12,351 bases of DNA, from the NCBI RefSeq assembly GCF_006345805.1, contig NW_021826621.1:1-12351 (forward strand), given 5' to 3'. This stretch comes from Octopus sinensis (lineage: Eukaryota). How positions within the stretch are numbered: position 1 is the first letter of the stretch; the number at the start of each line of letters is the position of its first letter. Shown here one piece after another: positions 8,402-12,351 of this stretch. Under the pieces are notes generated by a model, which was given only the letters and a program-made list of their open reading frames with translations, did not search any database and was not told where the DNA came from. Position numbers and translations under genes: made by a program.

Positions 8402-10224
8402 CCGGCCCCGACGAATGTGCGGCCGTTCCATTTTACAAATTCCACACTGGATGCGAAAACACTTACGGAGGAGATACTCGCATGCGTTCCTCTTTCAATG
8501 GGGGCAGCAGTGGCGGAATCGATGGCCTGCGTCGAAGCCACCTGAAGGATTTGGTTTCGGCCTCAGCGCACGAGGCTGGCCGGTCTCTGGCCGGCTCGCT
8601 TACAGCTCTGGTCCAGCGCATAATCGAAGGGGACATTCCCGTGATCGCTAGGGAGCTCTCTTTTCTGCCCATCTTCTTGCTTTCGGCAAAAAAGACGGTG
8701 GGATACGTCCAATTGCTATTGGCAACGTTTTTAGAAGACTTGCTGCTAAAGTCGCTTCACGAAGGGCATCACAGAGACTCAGCTGCGAACTTTCGCCACT
8801 TCAGCTGGGTGTGGGAATCCCAAATGGTTACGAAGCTGCGGTGCATGCAACCAGAGAATTCTTCTCGCAAAAAGGGAACTCAAATGGTCCCGGAGTTCTA
8901 GCTATAAAACTGGACATTAAGAATGCATTCAACAGCCTGAGGAGAGATGTGATTCTCGAAACCTGCTTAGAAAGGGCTCCTGATATTATCGGCTTGGTTC
9001 ACCTGGCATATGGGTCAGACAGCTCTCTTCTTTTTGGAGATGAAATTATTAAATCGTGCACAGGAGTTCAGCAGGGCGACCCTATCGGTCCACTGCTGTT
9101 CGCCCTCGGCATTGACTCTGCCGTACGAAAGTCGATTCTATTTTCAACCTGTGGTACCTCGATGATGCAACCATCGGGGCCCCTCTGATACTGTGATTGA
9201 GGATATTTTCAACATAATTCCCACCCTTCGTGAAATTGGACTGGAAGTAAACGTCAGCAAGTGCGAGCTTATAAATATCTCTTGCTCGCACGAAAAATTC
9301 GGTTCCGCACTAAACAAGCTGCAACTTCGCCTGCCGGGGCTGACAACCACACCCATTGATGATGTTCTATTCTCGGCGCGCCATGGGCCAAATCCAACTT
9401 AAGAAGTCGCTATCTGAGAAAGCCAAATGGGTCACTGATTTCACAAATAAGCTCATGATGCTGATTCTCACTACGGATTTTTTGTGCTCAGAGCAAACCT
9501 CATGTTGCCAAGGCTTCTATATTTGCTGCGAACTTCAAACTGCTCAATACAATCCGACATGCTTCAATCGCTCGATACTTCTCTGAAGTTGGCCGCTGAA
9601 AAAATCTACTAAACATATCCTTTGACGACGCTGGTGGACTTGCTGCAAATACTCTACGCCTTGGCGGAGTTGGACTCCGTTCACCTCTGGACATGGCTCT
9701 TCCTGCATTCCTCTCCTCACGTGCGAGCTCCCAAGCCCTCATCACCCAAATCCTACGTACTCTCGCGGATTGGAAGAGGACCGGGTTTTCTCTGAAGCTT
9801 GCGAATTCTGGAAGGGATCTGGATTGGCCATTCCATCTAACATTTCACGCAATGGGAATGGGATGATATCTCTAGCAAAGCTAAAATGGAAGCAATCAGA
9901 CCTACATTGGATCAGCATCGCCTCGCTTGTTCGGTGCCGCTGCCAGACCTGAAAGTGGGGCGTGGCTTAATGCCCTCCCTTGCTCCCAATCTGGAACCCT
10001 TCTCGATAATGACTGTGTGCGGATTGGCGTAGCAATACGCTTGGGACTTAATGTCTGTTCGGGGGGCCAATGCCGATGTGGGAGTAAATCGATACCAAAG
10101 GATACATCCCCTGTCATGCAGAAGGAGTGCTGGCCGTGCTCCCAGACACTCCGCTATCAACGAGACTATTCGGCTGCGTTACAAGCAGCTGGGTTCCGAC
10201 AGAACTGGAGCCGTTGGGCTTGAC
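8402..10224 (+). pseudogene. CRE-like ORF, RT domain and zinc knuckle (many -1 frameshifts)
   Basis: GGIDGLRRSHLKDL, KKDGGIRPIAIGNVFRRLAAK, QLGVG, KLDIKNAFNS, GVQQGDPIGPLLFAL, WYLDD, GLEVNVSKCEL, LGGVGLRS, SGAWLNALP, CRCG...(H)PLSC, RHSAIN. Confidence 0.92.
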
Positions 10225-10304
10225 CAGTGATTCTCAAGCTTTTTTGCTCAGGGGCCGCAAATTAAAAAAAAAATTACAGCAGGGCCGCAAATAATTTTTA
10301 AGAA

Positions 10305-11362
10305 TTATTTATTAACCAAATAATCAAATTAGGTTTAATTCTACTTGTTGAAGTACGTAACAAATCACTCAGATGAGTATACAGTCAATCTGCTGCGAAA
10401 CTTTGTTTTAATTCGAACGAGTTTACTAAATGTCGATTCGCAGACATATGTTGATCCAAACATTGCTAAATTTTTCTTTGCATTATTGACTAAATTCGGA
10501 AATCGGTTCTCTGGAATTCTCGAATAAAAGTCAATTATTGAAATGTTGTTGAACAAACTTTTCAGTTCAACATCATTTTGCAAATCAATCAATTCCAGTT
10601 GGTAAATCCCGGAAACCTCCTCACTTTTCATAATTAATGGAGATGCAAATAATCTCATTGAATTTTTCATTGTTCCTTTAGTTTCTCCGTGAAGTGAATT
10701 CAATGAAAAAAATTCTTCGTATACTCGAAAGTCAGATGTTACTCCCCTTATAAACACTACTAATTGTTCGATATCTGAAATATCTTTGGAACAATCAAGC
10801 GCAAAAGAATAATATTGAAAATCTTTACAAATTCTAAAAATTACAAAACAATTTGCATACTGTAAAAGTTCGTTAATCAGATTATCAGATATATCACTGA
10901 CTCTTCTAGTAACAGTATCGTTACTTAGAGGTAACTTGTGTGCAATATCGAAAACAGCGGGCGAACAACATTCCGATGCAAATATTTCGATTGCCGTTTT
11001 ATATAATTCGCCATCAGAATAGGCTTCATTTTTTAGCCAATAGGTAACTAATTTTGTATGATGCCAGGTTAATATTAGACGAATATGTGCCACTTTTGAA
11101 AGTAAATGATCGTTTTAAATAATCTTCTTTCATTTGTTTTAGTTTTTTCGTCCGAGAAACACCAGTGAATTTGTCATAAAGAATAGAGTGGAAAACGGTA
11201 GTGCCGTTCGATTGTATACGTTTTTAGAGTTGCAATAATAGAATGGCATATTAGGCAAAGAGCCTTTCCATTGATCTCAATAATGAAATATTTTTCTTCC
11301 CAGATGTGTTGAAAAATCCTATTTCCCTCGGAAAGTTTTCGACAACGTTTAGAATCAGACAT
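10305..11362 (-). pseudogene. hAT transposase remnant (BED finger, first catalytic D region, C-terminal domain; core deleted)
   Basis: MSDSKR...WEEKYFII...CLIC...ERHY (BED-type finger); LSNDTVTRR; FALDCSKDISDIEQLVVFIR..EEFF..LHGETKG joined directly to LFASP...QLELIDLQ...FGSTYVCESTFS...RSRLT. Confidence 0.92.
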
Positions 11363-11467
11363 CACAACAACAAATAAAAAACGTGACATTTTTTTATTCA
11401 TAAAATTTAAAAATATTAAATTAAAAAAAAACATTTATAAAACCTAGGGGCCGCAAATTAAATCCTA

Positions 11468-11485
11468 GGGGCCGCATGCGGCCCC
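11468..11485. repeat. Perfect 18-bp palindrome GGGGCCGCATGCGGCCCC within the hAT subterminal repeats
   Basis: Read directly from the sequence. Flanked by further GGGGCCGCA copies at 11447 and 11487, with related copies at 10251 and 10282. Confidence 0.9.
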
Positions 11486-11517
11486 AGGGGCCGCACTTGA
11501 GAATCACTGGGCTTGAC

Positions 11518-11905
11518 CGTGGAGACGGTAAACGCCCAGATGGAGTCACCATTTTCCCGTGGAGTAATGGGAAATGCCTCGCGTGGGACTCCACGTGCAC
11601 AGACACCTTCTCAAAGACCAATATAGTTGACTCCGCGATCAGTCCAGGCTCAGCCGCTGAGAAGGCTGAGGCACATAAAGTTCAGAAATATTCCAACCTG
11701 TTGGACAACTTCATCTTCTCCCCAATATCCGTAGAAACCTCCGGGGTCATGAGCCAAAAATCGTTCGAACTCGTCGGGAAAATCGGGGATCTGATCTCGA
11801 GAAGACGGAGAGAGCCTCGGGAGAAGCAATGGTTGTTCAAAAAGAATATCCATTGCGATCCTGAGGGGCAACGTCTTCTCGATCATTAGTAGCTTTAGAT
11901 TGTAA
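11518..11905 (+). pseudogene. CRE-like ORF C-terminus: restriction-like endonuclease (RLE)
   Basis: (GLD)RGDGKRPDGVTIFPWSNGKCLAWDSTC...AEAHKVQKY...FSPISVETSGV. After one extra A near 11839 it reads F.RISIAILRGNVFSIISSFRL*, with TAA at 11903-11905. Confidence 0.92.
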
Positions 11906-12351
11906 TAATTATTTTCGGGTGTCTTTTGTACAATATCAATTTATTAGATAAATTTAATAAATTTTTTAGTCTTTATATATATTATTAAAGACGGTTCTTA
12001 TGAATAAACTTCGATCATTCAGTTCTGATTTAAAAATATAAACCTATGAATTATTTATTATGAAGAAAACAAATATAGAGGAGGGGGACAACATACTGCC
12101 GTTAAATTACTTGAAGAAATATGGAAAGAAGAGAATTAAAAAAAACAGATTAATTCAAAATTAAAGTTATTTTTACAATTTTTTATTCTTGATTTGCTAA
12201 TTTTAATTTCTTCCCCGGTTTCTAAATCTTTAATTTTAGCGCATAACCCTAACCCTAGATTTTCCGACTCAATTTTTAGTATCCTAACCATCAGACAAGA
12301 AAACGGAAACGTTTAATGATAAAACAATAATAATAAATTAAAATAAATAAA

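Larger units (their letters stand above)
10225..11509 (-). mobile_element. Internally deleted hAT transposon (Buster/Charlie/SPIN-like), 1285 bp
   Basis: Perfect 14-bp TIR CAGTGATTCTCAAG at 10225-10238 and 11496-11509. Perfect 8-bp TSD GGCTTGAC at 10217-10224 and 11510-11517. GGGCCGCA subterminal repeats at both ends. Confidence 0.97.
8401..11990 (+). mobile_element. 5'-truncated CRE-like (RLE-type) non-LTR retrotransposon, interrupted by a hAT element
   Basis: Sharp GC rise at 8401. RT, CCHC knuckle and RLE domains occur in order. Coding resumes after the hAT at 11518. The 3' end and any TSD are not resolved. Confidence 0.9.

Noticed and set aside
11990-12150. Possible further transposase fragment (...GGGQHTAVKLLEEIWKEEN)
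   Set aside because: Short, bounded by stops, and no diagnostic motif recognised.
12244-12258. Telomeric TAACCC repeats
   Set aside because: Only two copies, not terminal; expected by chance.

Overview
AT-rich eukaryotic, probably metazoan (inferred), repeat-dense DNA with no confidently identifiable host gene. It is a nest of transposable elements plus a satellite. From left to right: a 96-bp tandem satellite (about 9 units, 417-2745) split by an intact Tc1-like element (776-2296; TA target duplication, 203-bp IR/DR ends, uninterrupted 330-aa DD35E transposase); a minus-strand APE-type LINE fragment cut just before its RT exactly at the satellite edge; an internally deleted pogo/Tigger remnant; a decayed CRE-like RT fragment; a second Tc1 element (6810-8261, DD34E, frameshifted almost only at homopolymers); and a 5'-truncated CRE-like RT+RLE retrotransposon (8401 to about 11990) interrupted by an internally deleted hAT element (10225-11509, 14-bp TIRs, 8-bp TSD). 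I found no clearly new biological system. The best leads are the intact DD35E element, spliced-leader/snRNA-like motifs in the satellite unit (speculative), the LINE-satellite junction, and a run of single-base deletions that looks like sequencing error masking near-intact ORFs.
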